Virus record (IMG/VR): IMGVR_UViG_3300009068_000023
Reading direction: 5' to 3' (one strand)
DNA from: a virus
Length of the DNA stretch: 64,000 nt
The notes under the pieces were generated by a model that was given only the letters and a program-made list of their open reading frames with translations, searched no databases and had not been told where the DNA came from. Made by a program: the position numbers and the translations under genes. This document shows positions 1 through 9,431 of this stretch, in pieces (position 1 is the stretch's first letter; each line of letters begins with the position of its first letter).

Positions 1-2823
1 ATTGTAATTACAGATATTCAAGCAACAAATGGTTCAACTACGGTTACAGTATCGACAACTACCCCACCTGCGGTTGGCACACCAGTTCTTATTCAAGATA
101 GCTTGTTTACCGGTGGCAACGGGCCTTTCGTAGTAGATTCAGTATCAGCTGGTACTAATTTCACATATACTGCAAGAACGCCATTTACAGGTTCATCTGG
201 CTCAGTATATAACTCAACATTATCGTTTGTATTCGCTGGTAGCTTTTATTCAAATGCAAGTATGCCACAAGCAACTGCTATGACTAATAGTGGTGTTGTA
301 GTTACAGTAACTACAACCAACCCTCACGGTCTTCAGATAGGCGATGGTATCTATGTAACAGGTTCAACCGCATCATCTAATGCACCTAACGGTACATGGC
401 AGGTTAGTTCGGTACTAAGCAGCACATCTTTTAACTTTGTTGTAGTAAATGCGCCATCCGGATCAATTTCCGGTGGCACAATTTACCCCAGACCAGACGG
501 TGTATATCAACATAGAGCATTTGACGGCGGTGTTCAGTTTACTACAGGCAATCAAGCGCACAATATTCAAACTATTCGTCAAACAAGAAGATACTTTAGA
601 TATCAATCTGGCAAAGGCATTCAAGTTAGTACAGGTACAAGCTTAAAGCCAAACATTAACGTAGATAAGATTACATCGTCTGGAACAGTAGCAACCGTTA
701 CTACAAAAGCACCTCACTACATTAGTTTTGGTACAACTTTTATTATTTCAGGCTGTAATGAAACAGCATATAATGGTACCTTTACAGTAACTTCAGTAGT
801 CAGTGATAACCAATTCACATATAGTACATTAACAACCCCCACTGCAACGCCTGCAACTGGTATACCCGCTCTGTCAGTATCTAGCTGGTATGGCGCAACA
901 ACCAGAACCGGATTATTCGATTTCCAGAATGGTGTATTTTTTGAATTTGATGGTCAAACTCTTTACTGTGTAAGAAGAAGCTCAACTACACAATTGTCCG
1001 GCTTCTTTAACGTTACTAACGGCTCGTCAACAGTAACTGGCGCAACCGTTAACGGGGTATCACCTTCACTATCGTCACAACTAGTGCCTGGTGACTTTAT
1101 AGTTATTAGAGGGATGTCATTCAGAGTTCTAAATATTGCAAGTGACACCTCTATGACAGTTTCGCCTCCTTATAGAGGAGCAACTCTATCAGGTACGAAC
1201 GTCTGTATTATTTCTAAGACTATCGATACAAGAGTTCCGCAAAACTTATGGAACATTGATAAGATGGACGGTACTGGCCCATCTGGTATGAACCTTGATC
1301 TTACTAAGATGCAAATGTTCTATCTTGACTATAGCTGGTACGGCGCTGGTACAGTAAGATATGGATTCAGAGATACACAAGGTAGAGTAGTTTACGTCCA
1401 TAGGTTTGTTAACAATAACCAGAATACTGAAGCGTACATGCGTTCTGGTAACTTGCCTGCCAGATACGAAACCAATACTATTGCACCATTTACGAATCTT
1501 GCAGCAACGTTGGCATCAAGCGCAACAACAATGTCGGTTGGTAACACTACTGCATTCCCAACAACTGGTACAGTTTATATTGATAACCCAAGCAATCCTG
1601 AGTATGTGTTTTATTCAGGCAAGACAGCTACAACACTTACCGGTCTTACAAGAGGTAAGGCAGCCACAACCGTAACAATGACAAGAACGAGCGGCAGCTC
1701 AACCTTAACATCAACAAACTCAGTAGCTGGTCTGCAAGTAGGCATGTTAATTTACGGTACAGGTATTCCAAATAATACCTATGTTGCGTCTATTACCACC
1801 GGGGCATTTAATACAGTGGTCATGTCCAGAGCTGCATCAAGCTCAGGCTCCTCTACTTACAGCTTTGCTAATATGGGTAATGCAACGGGAGATGTAACTC
1901 ATACATTCTCTGCTACTGCTCCTATATCAGTGTATCTACATTCACCACAATTCTCACCGACGATTAGCCACTGGGGTACGTCAGTAATTATGGACGGACA
2001 GTACGATAACGATAAGTCGTTGCAATTTACCTACGGTGAAACAACAACTACCACTGCAATTGCTGGTAACGTTGCTTCAGTAACTATTGGTTCAGGCTCA
2101 AATACATTTAGCGTTGTTAATACTACACCGATCTTCCCTGGTATGTTAGTGGCAGGTAGCAATATTCCTTCCGGCGCAATAGTTACAGCCGTGTCCGGCG
2201 GCAACCCAAACAACACTATTACAATGAATAGACAGGGGTCAGGCTCCGGTTCTACAACAGTAACGTACAATAGTGCTGTTGCTCTTGCAACTCTAAGAGT
2301 TACGCCTTCAGTTGATTCTGGTGTTACTGGTGTACTTGGCTCAAAGGAAATTGTTAACCGTATGCAGCTCACGTTGCAAAACTTGGACGTGCTAGTTAAC
2401 GGGGTGTTCTTGATTCAGCTAATTCTAAATGGCGCGCCGATTGCACCAACAACTAGCACAACAACAAGCTATACCGGTGCCACAGCAGCATTAAGCACCT
2501 TCGGTCCTATTGCTACTGGTACATCAAGTCTTGCCCAGATTGCTGACCATACAGGCCCTGTATATGTCTCAGGCGGTGAAGCGATGTTTAGCTTCTATGC
2601 TGTGAACAACGCCGGTTCTACTAACTACTCCGTAGCAGCTGCTGCTCTTAACATGCTACGAGATCTAGGTAATAGTATTCTTGGTGGTGGTACAACTAAC
2701 ACACCAGGTGCTGCAGGTGTTTACCCAGACGGTCCAGATACGCTTACGATTGTTGGTATTAACATCGGTAGCTCGAATGCTCAAATTCAAACACGTCTAT
2801 CCTGGACAGAAGCACAAGCTTAA
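1..2823 (+). CDS. Large virion structural/tail-associated protein, 5'-truncated (frame is open from base 1)
   Basis: Frame 1 has no stop from 1 to TAA at 2821-2823. S/T/G-rich beta-structure with repeated VTVTTxxPHxL/IxxG modules typical of T4-like tail/baseplate accessory proteins. Confidence 0.75.
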   Translation: MVITDIQATNGSTTVTVSTTTPPAVGTPVLIQDSLFTGGNGPFVVDSVSAGTNFTYTARTPFTGSSGSVYNSTLSFVFAGSFYSNASMPQATAMTNSGVVVTVTTTNPHGLQIGDGIYVTGSTASSNAPNGTWQVSSVLSSTSFNFVVVNAPSGSISGGTIYPRPDGVYQHRAFDGGVQFTTGNQAHNIQTIRQTRRYFRYQSGKGIQVSTGTSLKPNINVDKITSSGTVATVTTKAPHYISFGTTFIISGCNETAYNGTFTVTSVVSDNQFTYSTLTTPTATPATGIPALSVSSWYGATTRTGLFDFQNGVFFEFDGQTLYCVRRSSTTQLSGFFNVTNGSSTVTGATVNGVSPSLSSQLVPGDFIVIRGMSFRVLNIASDTSMTVSPPYRGATLSGTNVCIISKTIDTRVPQNLWNIDKMDGTGPSGMNLDLTKMQMFYLDYSWYGAGTVRYGFRDTQGRVVYVHRFVNNNQNTEAYMRSGNLPARYETNTIAPFTNLAATLASSATTMSVGNTTAFPTTGTVYIDNPSNPEYVFYSGKTATTLTGLTRGKAATTVTMTRTSGSSTLTSTNSVAGLQVGMLIYGTGIPNNTYVASITTGAFNTVVMSRAASSSGSSTYSFANMGNATGDVTHTFSATAPISVYLHSPQFSPTISHWGTSVIMDGQYDNDKSLQFTYGETTTTTAIAGNVASVTIGSGSNTFSVVNTTPIFPGMLVAGSNIPSGAIVTAVSGGNPNNTITMNRQGSGSGSTTVTYNSAVALATLRVTPSVDSGVTGVLGSKEIVNRMQLTLQNLDVLVNGVFLIQLILNGAPIAPTTSTTTSYTGATAALSTFGPIATGTSSLAQIADHTGPVYVSGGEAMFSFYAVNNAGSTNYSVAAAALNMLRDLGNSILGGGTTNTPGAAGVYPDGPDTLTIVGINIGSSNAQIQTRLSWTEAQA

Positions 2824-2832
2824 GAGGATAAT

Positions 2833-3285
2833 ATGGCATCTATTAAACTAAACGGTACCACTTCTAATTCGGTAACTATTTCAGCACCAGACAATCCTAA
2901 TACTACAGTATATGTGTTGCCGGTGGCTGATGGATCAAACGGACAGGTACTGACTACCAACGGTGCCGGTTACATGTCATGGACGACAGTAGGGGTAGCA
3001 GGCGCTAATACTCAGATACAGTTTAATGATAGTGGTGTTAGTAATGGTTCAGCCAACCTAGCATTCTACAAGTCTAATTCAACTATTGCTGTTAATAATG
3101 CAGTTATTAATGCGTCTCTAACAGTTAATACTATCGCAGTAGGCGCTAACATAAATATTAACACGGCTACCGTATCAGTAGGAAACGCCACTAACAACGT
3201 GCAGATTAACTCAACCGGAGTTTTCTTAAGTAACGTTGCATATCCTACAACCACCACTATACTGACTTATAGCTTAGCTTTCTAG
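2833..3285 (+). CDS. Small tail-fibre-like protein
   Basis: GAGG RBS; GQVLTTNGxGxxxW and QFNDxG fibre modules; C-terminus LTYSLAF shared with 4484-5119. Confidence 0.65.
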   Translation: MASIKLNGTTSNSVTISAPDNPNTTVYVLPVADGSNGQVLTTNGAGYMSWTTVGVAGANTQIQFNDSGVSNGSANLAFYKSNSTIAVNNAVINASLTVNTIAVGANININTATVSVGNATNNVQINSTGVFLSNVAYPTTTTILTYSLAF

Positions 3286-3293
3286 GAAAAAAT

Positions 3294-3740
3294 ATGAAAC
3301 AATTAACTATCTATAAACCAACGTTTAGTACTGCTAATAACACATTAGATTTTTCAACACTGCCAAACTTTAAGTTTAGCAAGCTGTATGCTGTTATTAA
3401 CACCACTCAAAACGTACCTTTGTACATTGCAGGCGCACCCAACCTAGGAGCTACAAATCCAGGCGGTGGTCCTCTTGTTACATTAAGTGTTAACACTACA
3501 ACATACAATCCATCTGATAACCTCAACATTTATTATGATGATTTAGATGGATTTGATTCTTTCTCTCAGTATAATGTACGATACTCTAATCAAAAAATTA
3601 TAGAGGTATTAGAACAATTACTAATAGAAACGAAAGTGACCAACTTGATCCTTTCAGAAGGATTAAATGGCTCGCCATTTATTACCGAAGTTACACAACT
3701 TCGCAAAGATATAAATAGTAACGTAACCGATGAAGGTTAA
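3294..3740 (+). CDS. Hypothetical virion-associated protein
   Basis: 148-aa ORF with AGGA RBS inside the structural gene run. Confidence 0.55.
   Translation: MKQLTIYKPTFSTANNTLDFSTLPNFKFSKLYAVINTTQNVPLYIAGAPNLGATNPGGGPLVTLSVNTTTYNPSDNLNIYYDDLDGFDSFSQYNVRYSNQKIIEVLEQLLIETKVTNLILSEGLNGSPFITEVTQLRKDINSNVTDEG
3710..3717 (+). promoter_or_regulatory. T4-type late promoter
   Basis: Exact TATAAATA ~50 nt upstream of the 3766 ATG. Confidence 0.7.
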
Positions 3741-3765
3741 TTTTAACTAAGTAAAGGAGACTCAC

Positions 3766-4395
3766 ATGCTTATTCAAGGACAAGTAGGCCCAATTTCTGC
3801 ACAATCACTTGGTGCCGGTTCTAACCCAAACGTACGTCTTGGTCAACAAGGCGATCTTATCGCAACTGAGCTACACGGTCGTTATTATGAGACCAACTAT
3901 CGTAGAGCTCTTTTCAACGCTGCTTCGACGGCTGCTGCTACAACCTCGGCTGGTACAACCACATCGTTCACCGGTCTAATGGTTTACAACCCACTTAACA
4001 GCCCAGTTAACCTAGTCATCAACAAGGTTGGCTATGCATTCATCGTTGCCTTCGGTTCTGCCGCTGCTTACGGTGTTATGACTGGCTTCAGCACATCACC
4101 AATCGCTACATTCTCGACTTCGAACACCTCGACCAAGTCGCAGTATGTTGGTGGTGCTCAAGGTTACGGTGTTGCTTATGCATCAGCCACTCTAACAGCA
4201 ACCCCAGTCGTTAACACCATCTTCGGTTCAGGCCTAACTGGTGCTATCACAACAGTCCCATCAGTGCCTCTTCTATATGATCTAGAAGGCAGCGTTATTG
4301 TTCCTCCTGGTGGCTACGTTTGCTCGTACACCACATCAGCATCTGGTGCCAGCGCATTCTTTGGCTCGTTCCAATGGGAAGAAATCCCAGTCTAA
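3766..4395 (+). CDS. Probable abundant virion protein (decoration/fibre subunit)
   Basis: AAGGAG RBS, its own late promoter and terminator, codon choices resembling gp23/gp18. Confidence 0.6.
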   Translation: MLIQGQVGPISAQSLGAGSNPNVRLGQQGDLIATELHGRYYETNYRRALFNAASTAAATTSAGTTTSFTGLMVYNPLNSPVNLVINKVGYAFIVAFGSAAAYGVMTGFSTSPIATFSTSNTSTKSQYVGGAQGYGVAYASATLTATPVVNTIFGSGLTGAITTVPSVPLLYDLEGSVIVPPGGYVCSYTTSASGASAFFGSFQWEEIPV

Positions 4396-4414
4396 TTTTA
4401 GACGGTATTTCAAG

Positions 4415-4447
4415 AAAGAAAGCACCCTTGAGGTGCTTTCTTTTTTT
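4415..4447 (+). terminator. Rho-independent terminator
   Basis: AAAGAAAGCACC-CTTGA-GGTGCTTTCTTT followed by a T run. Confidence 0.85.
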
Positions 4448-4448
4448 G

Positions 4449-4456
4449 TATAAATA
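4449..4456 (+). promoter_or_regulatory. T4-type late promoter
   Basis: TATAAATA immediately after the terminator, upstream of 4484. Confidence 0.8.
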
Positions 4457-4483
4457 GATAGTGTTCCACTATTCTATATCGCC

Positions 4484-5119
4484 ATGGGTAAGACTAGAGA
4501 CTTCTCAAGACTGCTATCTGAAAATCTAAACAATAACATCAAAATTGCTAATGCGCAGATGTATATTGGAGACGGTGGCGGCAATGCATACTTAAACTCA
4601 ACAAGTATTGCAGTATCATCAGTTAACGCAACTACGCTTACTGTTACATCCATCTATTCTAATGGATCACTAGGCACATCAGGCCAGGTATTAACATCTA
4701 ATGGTTCTGGTGCATACTGGTCAAGCTACACATCTCAGGCGTTAGGATTATTCAGCACAGTACAATTTAATGATGCTGGATACGCCAACGGCGCACAATA
4801 CGTGTCGTACGACAAACCTACCGGTGCATTCATAGTCGGTAGTAGCACCGCAAATACAAGAGTAGCTTTTAGCAATGTCAGTCTGAATGGTGACAGTGCA
4901 ACGCTATTTACTGGCAATGCAACCATTACTGGAACCTATAGTTCTAATGGTGTGGTGCTTTCTAATACAGCCTCATCTGGCAACGTAAACATTAATATGA
5001 GCGGTGTGCAAATAGGAAACTCAACAGTTAATTCTCAACTGACGTCTGCAGGGTTATCTGTTAACGGTGGTGCACCACTTAACATAACAACAGTATTAAC
5101 ATACAGCTTGGCTTTTTAA
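4484..5119 (+). CDS. Tail-fibre-like protein
   Basis: GQVLTSNGSGAYW and QFNDAG modules; C-terminal LTYSLAF. Confidence 0.65.
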   Translation: MGKTRDFSRLLSENLNNNIKIANAQMYIGDGGGNAYLNSTSIAVSSVNATTLTVTSIYSNGSLGTSGQVLTSNGSGAYWSSYTSQALGLFSTVQFNDAGYANGAQYVSYDKPTGAFIVGSSTANTRVAFSNVSLNGDSATLFTGNATITGTYSSNGVVLSNTASSGNVNINMSGVQIGNSTVNSQLTSAGLSVNGGAPLNITTVLTYSLAF

Positions 5120-5130
5120 CAGGTTAAAAA

Positions 5131-6000
5131 ATGGGCATAATTAGAAACTTAGCAAGTCGTGCATCAGACAGCTTAGTACTAGAAACTACTGTTGCAACAG
5201 AAGGCCAGACCTATTTCCCATACTCATCTACAAAGAGTAATTTCAATAATTTTTTAATCTATATTAACGGTGTATTGCAATCCAATACTGGTGACTATAC
5301 TGCAAACTCTCTAGGGGTTACTCTTACCCTTGCTGCCAACAGTAGCGATATTATTACCATAGGCATTATAAACAATGTTTTCTCCAAAGGAGAAAAGGGA
5401 GAGAAGGTTTCTAGTGCATTATACACAGATGCTAACAACACAATAGTTTTCACCAATTCAGACTCAACTGTTTTCCCGGTCACTGGTGTTAAAGGTCAAA
5501 AAGGCGATCAAGGCAGCAAAGGTGCAGATGGCAATGTCTATGCTGCTGGTGCAAAGGGAGATAAGGGTGACAAGGGTGAAGTAGGACCGACTGGTTCAAC
5601 TGGTAGTACTGGTGCAAAGGGCGATAAGGGTAGTCAGCTTTACGCCGCAACTTATATAGATGAATTAAATACCATAACATTTACAAATTCTGATCTAACT
5701 ACATTTTCAGCAGCAGGTATGAAAGGACAAAAAGGTGAGACAGGTAATACTGGTAATAATGGAGCAAAAGGAGATGCAGGGGCCATATCATACACAACTA
5801 ACATAGGGGATGGTACTAACACTTCTTTTACTATTAATCATAACCTAGCTAAAGCAGATGTGTCAGTGGTAGTTTTTGAGAATGCCACTAATAACCAAGT
5901 GTACCCTGATGTATCAGTTACAAACAATAATACGTGTGTAGTTAGTTTTGTTATAGCACCTACCTCAAGCCAATATAGAGTCAGAGTTCTAGGGTTCTAA
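5131..6000 (+). CDS. Collagen-like (Gly-X-Y) fibre protein
   Basis: Repeated KGEKG/KGDKG/KGQKG triplets; N-terminal IYINGVLQ module; C-terminal FTINHNL module. Confidence 0.75.
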   Translation: MGIIRNLASRASDSLVLETTVATEGQTYFPYSSTKSNFNNFLIYINGVLQSNTGDYTANSLGVTLTLAANSSDIITIGIINNVFSKGEKGEKVSSALYTDANNTIVFTNSDSTVFPVTGVKGQKGDQGSKGADGNVYAAGAKGDKGDKGEVGPTGSTGSTGAKGDKGSQLYAATYIDELNTITFTNSDLTTFSAAGMKGQKGETGNTGNNGAKGDAGAISYTTNIGDGTNTSFTINHNLAKADVSVVVFENATNNQVYPDVSVTNNNTCVVSFVIAPTSSQYRVRVLGF

Positions 6001-7138
6001 TGGCCAATAACTATATTATTTCCCCTTCGTGGCAAAACGACGTTACTGAAGCAGCCGCCGGTACATTGCCTACAGGTGATAATAGCAGCATGGGAAGTAA
6101 TACAGTACCCGGTATGCAAAGATTACTTCAAAGAAACGCAAACGCAGGACAAACATTTCAGAATGGAATAGTATCTACATATAGTCTGGTGTATACTTAT
6201 TTTGTTGGTATATATGCTGGAGGGGTATTAGCTCCTAATGGAGATATTCATTTTGTTCCTTTAGGTGCAAACCGAGGACAAAAAATATCAGCCTCCGGGG
6301 TTGTATCAACTTATAGTTTAGTGTATACTAATAGTAATGGTGCATATGTTGGGGAGTATTATCACTTAATGGTGATATTCATTTCGTACCTTATTCTGCA
6401 CTAGTAGGTCAAAAAATATCAGTATCCGGGGTTGTATCAACTTATAGTTTAGTCTATACTAATAGTAATGGAGCATATCTAGGTGGAGTTCTAGCACCTA
6501 ATGGAGATATACATTTTATACCTAATAATGCAAATAGAGGACAAAAAGTATCCGCTTCAGGAGTAGTGTCAACTTATAGTTTGGTGTATACTACTACTAG
6601 TGCATATTGGGGTGGTGTTTTAGCTACTAATGGAGATATTCATTTTGTACCCGTTGCAGCAGAAGTTGGACAAAAAATATCCGCATCTGGAGTAGTATCA
6701 ACTTATAGTTTAGTGTATACTAATAGTAATGGTGCATATGTTGGGGGAGTTCTAGCTCCTAATGGAGATATACATTTTATACCTAATAATGCAAATAGAG
6801 GACAAAAAGTATCCGCTTCAGGAGTAGTGTCAACTTATAGTTTAGTATATACTAGTGGTGGACAATACTGGGGAGGGGTAATAGCACCTAATGGAGATAT
6901 TCATTTCGTTCCATTTAACACACCAGTAGGCCAAAAAATAAACACTAATACTGGAGTAGTATCAACTTATAGTTTAATATATACTGTTTCTGCTTCATAT
7001 ACCGGAGGAGTATTAGTACCTAATGGAGATATTCATTTTGTACCCTATACTGCTTCCCAGGGTCAAAAAATTTCAACAAATCCTGCTGAACCATTCAGTC
7101 TAGGCGTCTGTTGCTCTCCATTCTTTAATAAGTTCTAA
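6000..7138 (+). pseudogene. 7-repeat beta-propeller protein A, split by a 1-nt deletion in a G run at 6351-6354 (real mutation or sequencing error)
   Basis: ORFs 6000-6404 and 6566-7138 join into one protein collinear with the two downstream paralogues if GTTGGGGAGTA had G5, as in the duplicate copy at 6743-6747. Confidence 0.8.
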
Positions 7139-9360
7139 TCATGCCAACATATTCCTTAGCACCTGGGTGGGTTTCAGAAGTTAAACAAAGAGCCTGGGGA
7201 ACCATTAATACAGCAGATAATAGCACCACCACATCTGATAGCTGGTTCTTTGGTATGAAAGGTATGTTAGATGCAAGCGTAAATGCAGGACAAGCATTTC
7301 AGAACGGGATAGTATCCACTTATAGTTTGGTGTATACTGCGGCTAATGCATATTCTGGCGGTGTTCTAGCACCTAATGGAGACATTCATTTTGTGCCATA
7401 TGCGGCTACTGTAGGGCAAAAAGTATCAGCATCTGGTGTAGTGTCCACATATAGTTTAGTATATACTAGTTCTGTTGCATATCTAGGAGGAGTTTTAGCT
7501 CCTAATGGTGATATACATTTTGTACCAAATGGTGCTACTGTTGGCCAAAAAGTATCTGCGTCAGGGGTAGTGTCAACTTATAGTATAATTGCCAGCGGCT
7601 ATGTTGGCGGAGTACTAATGCCAAATGGAGATATTTTTTTTATAGCCAGTAGCAATATTCAAAAAGTATCTTCTTCAGGGGTAGTTTCAACATTTAGTAT
7701 AATTAATGCACACGTTAATGTGAGCGGAGGGGTACTAGCTCCTAATGGCGAGCTTCACACAATACCTTTTTACTCTTACCTTAGAGGTCTGAAGGTATCA
7801 GCAGCAGGTGTATCATCTACTTATTCAATTGTTTATACTGATTATTATCCACACTTTGGAGGAGTTCTAGCACCTAATGGAGACATTCATTTTGTACCAG
7901 CCTATGCAAGCCGAGGGCAAAAGGTATCAGCCACAGGGGTAGTATCAACTTATAGTTTAGTGTACACAGGCAATGCATTATATTACGGTGGTGTTCTAGC
8001 GCCTAATGGAGATATTCATTTTATACCAGGTAATTCAGCTGTTGTGGGGCAAAAAGTGTCTGCATCAGGAGTAGTATCAACCTATAGTTTAGCGTATACT
8101 GTTACGAATGGATACAAAGGTGGGGTCTTAGCGCCTAACGGAGATATTCATTTTATACCTCAAAGTGCAGCTGTTGGTCAAAAAATATCAACACTACCAG
8201 CCATACCTTTTAATCAATCCATATGCCAGTCACCATTCTTTAATAAGTTATAATAATGGCTATACTGAACCGTAATTCTAACACATTTATTTCAGAGGTA
8301 CAAAGCACAACACAAGGCACTGTACCGGCTGCGGATAATAGTTCTATAGGTAGTGATTTAACTGCATGGAATTCATTTAAAACATTATTAAACAAATCAG
8401 TTGCAGGTGGTAGTTTGTTTAGTAGCGGGGTGGTATCAACTTATAGTTTAGTGTATACATATGGCGTCGGCTATGCTGGAGGTGTTCTTGCACCCAACGG
8501 CGATATTCATTTCGTACCTAATGCAACACCGGTGGGGCTTAAGGTATCTGCAGCCGGGGTGGTATCAACTTATAGTTTAGTGTATACTGGGTCTTATGTG
8601 TATACGGGAGGTGTACTTGCCCCTAATGGAGATATTCATTTTATACCTGCGCAGGCACGAGTGGGTCAAAAGATAAACACCAATACTGGTGTAGTGTCTA
8701 CTTATAGCTTAGTGTATACTACAGGTACTGGCGCATACACAGGAGGCGTTCTTGCACCCAACGGCGATATTCATTTTATACCCAATTCGGGAATAGTAGG
8801 TCAAAAGATAAACACCAATACTGGTGTAGTGTCTACTTATAGCTTAGTGTATACCTTAACAGGGTTTTATCCAAACTTATATAATGGAGGGGTATTAGCA
8901 CCTAATGGAGATATTCATTTTGTACCTGCGCAGGCACAAGTAGGTCAAAAAGTATCTGCATCTGGAGTAGTATCAACTTATAGTTTAATACATACTAATG
9001 GTTCAAATTCTAATTACATAGGGGGTGTTTTATCTCATAATGGAGATATTCATTTAGTACCATTTCGTGCACGAGTAGGACAAAAAATATCAGTCTCCGG
9101 AGTTGTGTCAACTTATAGTTTAGTATATAGTGGGGTAAATGGTGAATATTACGGCGGAGTACTAGCACCTAACGGGGATATTCATTTTGTACCATTCTGG
9201 GCTCCATACGGTCAAAAAGTTTCTGCATTAGGGATAGTATCAACTTATAACATATTAATTTCTTCCCCATATTTTTATGCGGGTGGAATTCTTACACCTA
9301 ACGGTGAAATTCATTTTATACCTAACAGTAATATGAAGGCAGGCCAAAAAATTTCAACAA
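6165..9360 (+). repeat. 21 coding tandem repeats of ~130 nt across three genes
   Basis: Includes perfect duplications 6497-6582 = 6758-6843 (86 nt), 6303-6354 = 6695-6746 (52 nt) and 8664-8719 = 8799-8854 (56 nt). Confidence 0.9.
7141..8253 (+). CDS. 7-repeat beta-propeller protein B (candidate receptor-binding protein)
   Basis: Seven ~43-aa repeats GVVSTYSLVYT..YxGGVLAPNGDIHFVP..GQKVSAS; C-terminus CxSPFFNK. Confidence 0.8.
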   Translation: MPTYSLAPGWVSEVKQRAWGTINTADNSTTTSDSWFFGMKGMLDASVNAGQAFQNGIVSTYSLVYTAANAYSGGVLAPNGDIHFVPYAATVGQKVSASGVVSTYSLVYTSSVAYLGGVLAPNGDIHFVPNGATVGQKVSASGVVSTYSIIASGYVGGVLMPNGDIFFIASSNIQKVSSSGVVSTFSIINAHVNVSGGVLAPNGELHTIPFYSYLRGLKVSAAGVSSTYSIVYTDYYPHFGGVLAPNGDIHFVPAYASRGQKVSATGVVSTYSLVYTGNALYYGGVLAPNGDIHFIPGNSAVVGQKVSASGVVSTYSLAYTVTNGYKGGVLAPNGDIHFIPQSAAVGQKISTLPAIPFNQSICQSPFFNKL

Positions 9361-9419
9361 ATCCAGGAATTCCTTTTAACATAGGCACATGCCTGTCACC
9401 TTTTTTCAATAAATTTTAG
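8256..9419 (+). CDS. 7-repeat beta-propeller protein C (candidate receptor-binding protein)
   Basis: Same seven-repeat architecture and C-terminal CLSPFFNKF. Confidence 0.8.
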   Translation: MAILNRNSNTFISEVQSTTQGTVPAADNSSIGSDLTAWNSFKTLLNKSVAGGSLFSSGVVSTYSLVYTYGVGYAGGVLAPNGDIHFVPNATPVGLKVSAAGVVSTYSLVYTGSYVYTGGVLAPNGDIHFIPAQARVGQKINTNTGVVSTYSLVYTTGTGAYTGGVLAPNGDIHFIPNSGIVGQKINTNTGVVSTYSLVYTLTGFYPNLYNGGVLAPNGDIHFVPAQAQVGQKVSASGVVSTYSLIHTNGSNSNYIGGVLSHNGDIHLVPFRARVGQKISVSGVVSTYSLVYSGVNGEYYGGVLAPNGDIHFVPFWAPYGQKVSALGIVSTYNILISSPYFYAGGILTPNGEIHFIPNSNMKAGQKISTNPGIPFNIGTCLSPFFNKF

Positions 9420-9431
9420 TGAGGTTTAGTA

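Noticed and set aside
6165-9360. CRISPR array or diversity-generating retroelement
   Set aside because: The repeats are in-frame coding units with synonymous variation. No cas or reverse transcriptase gene is in the window, and the differences include indels and are not adenine-specific.
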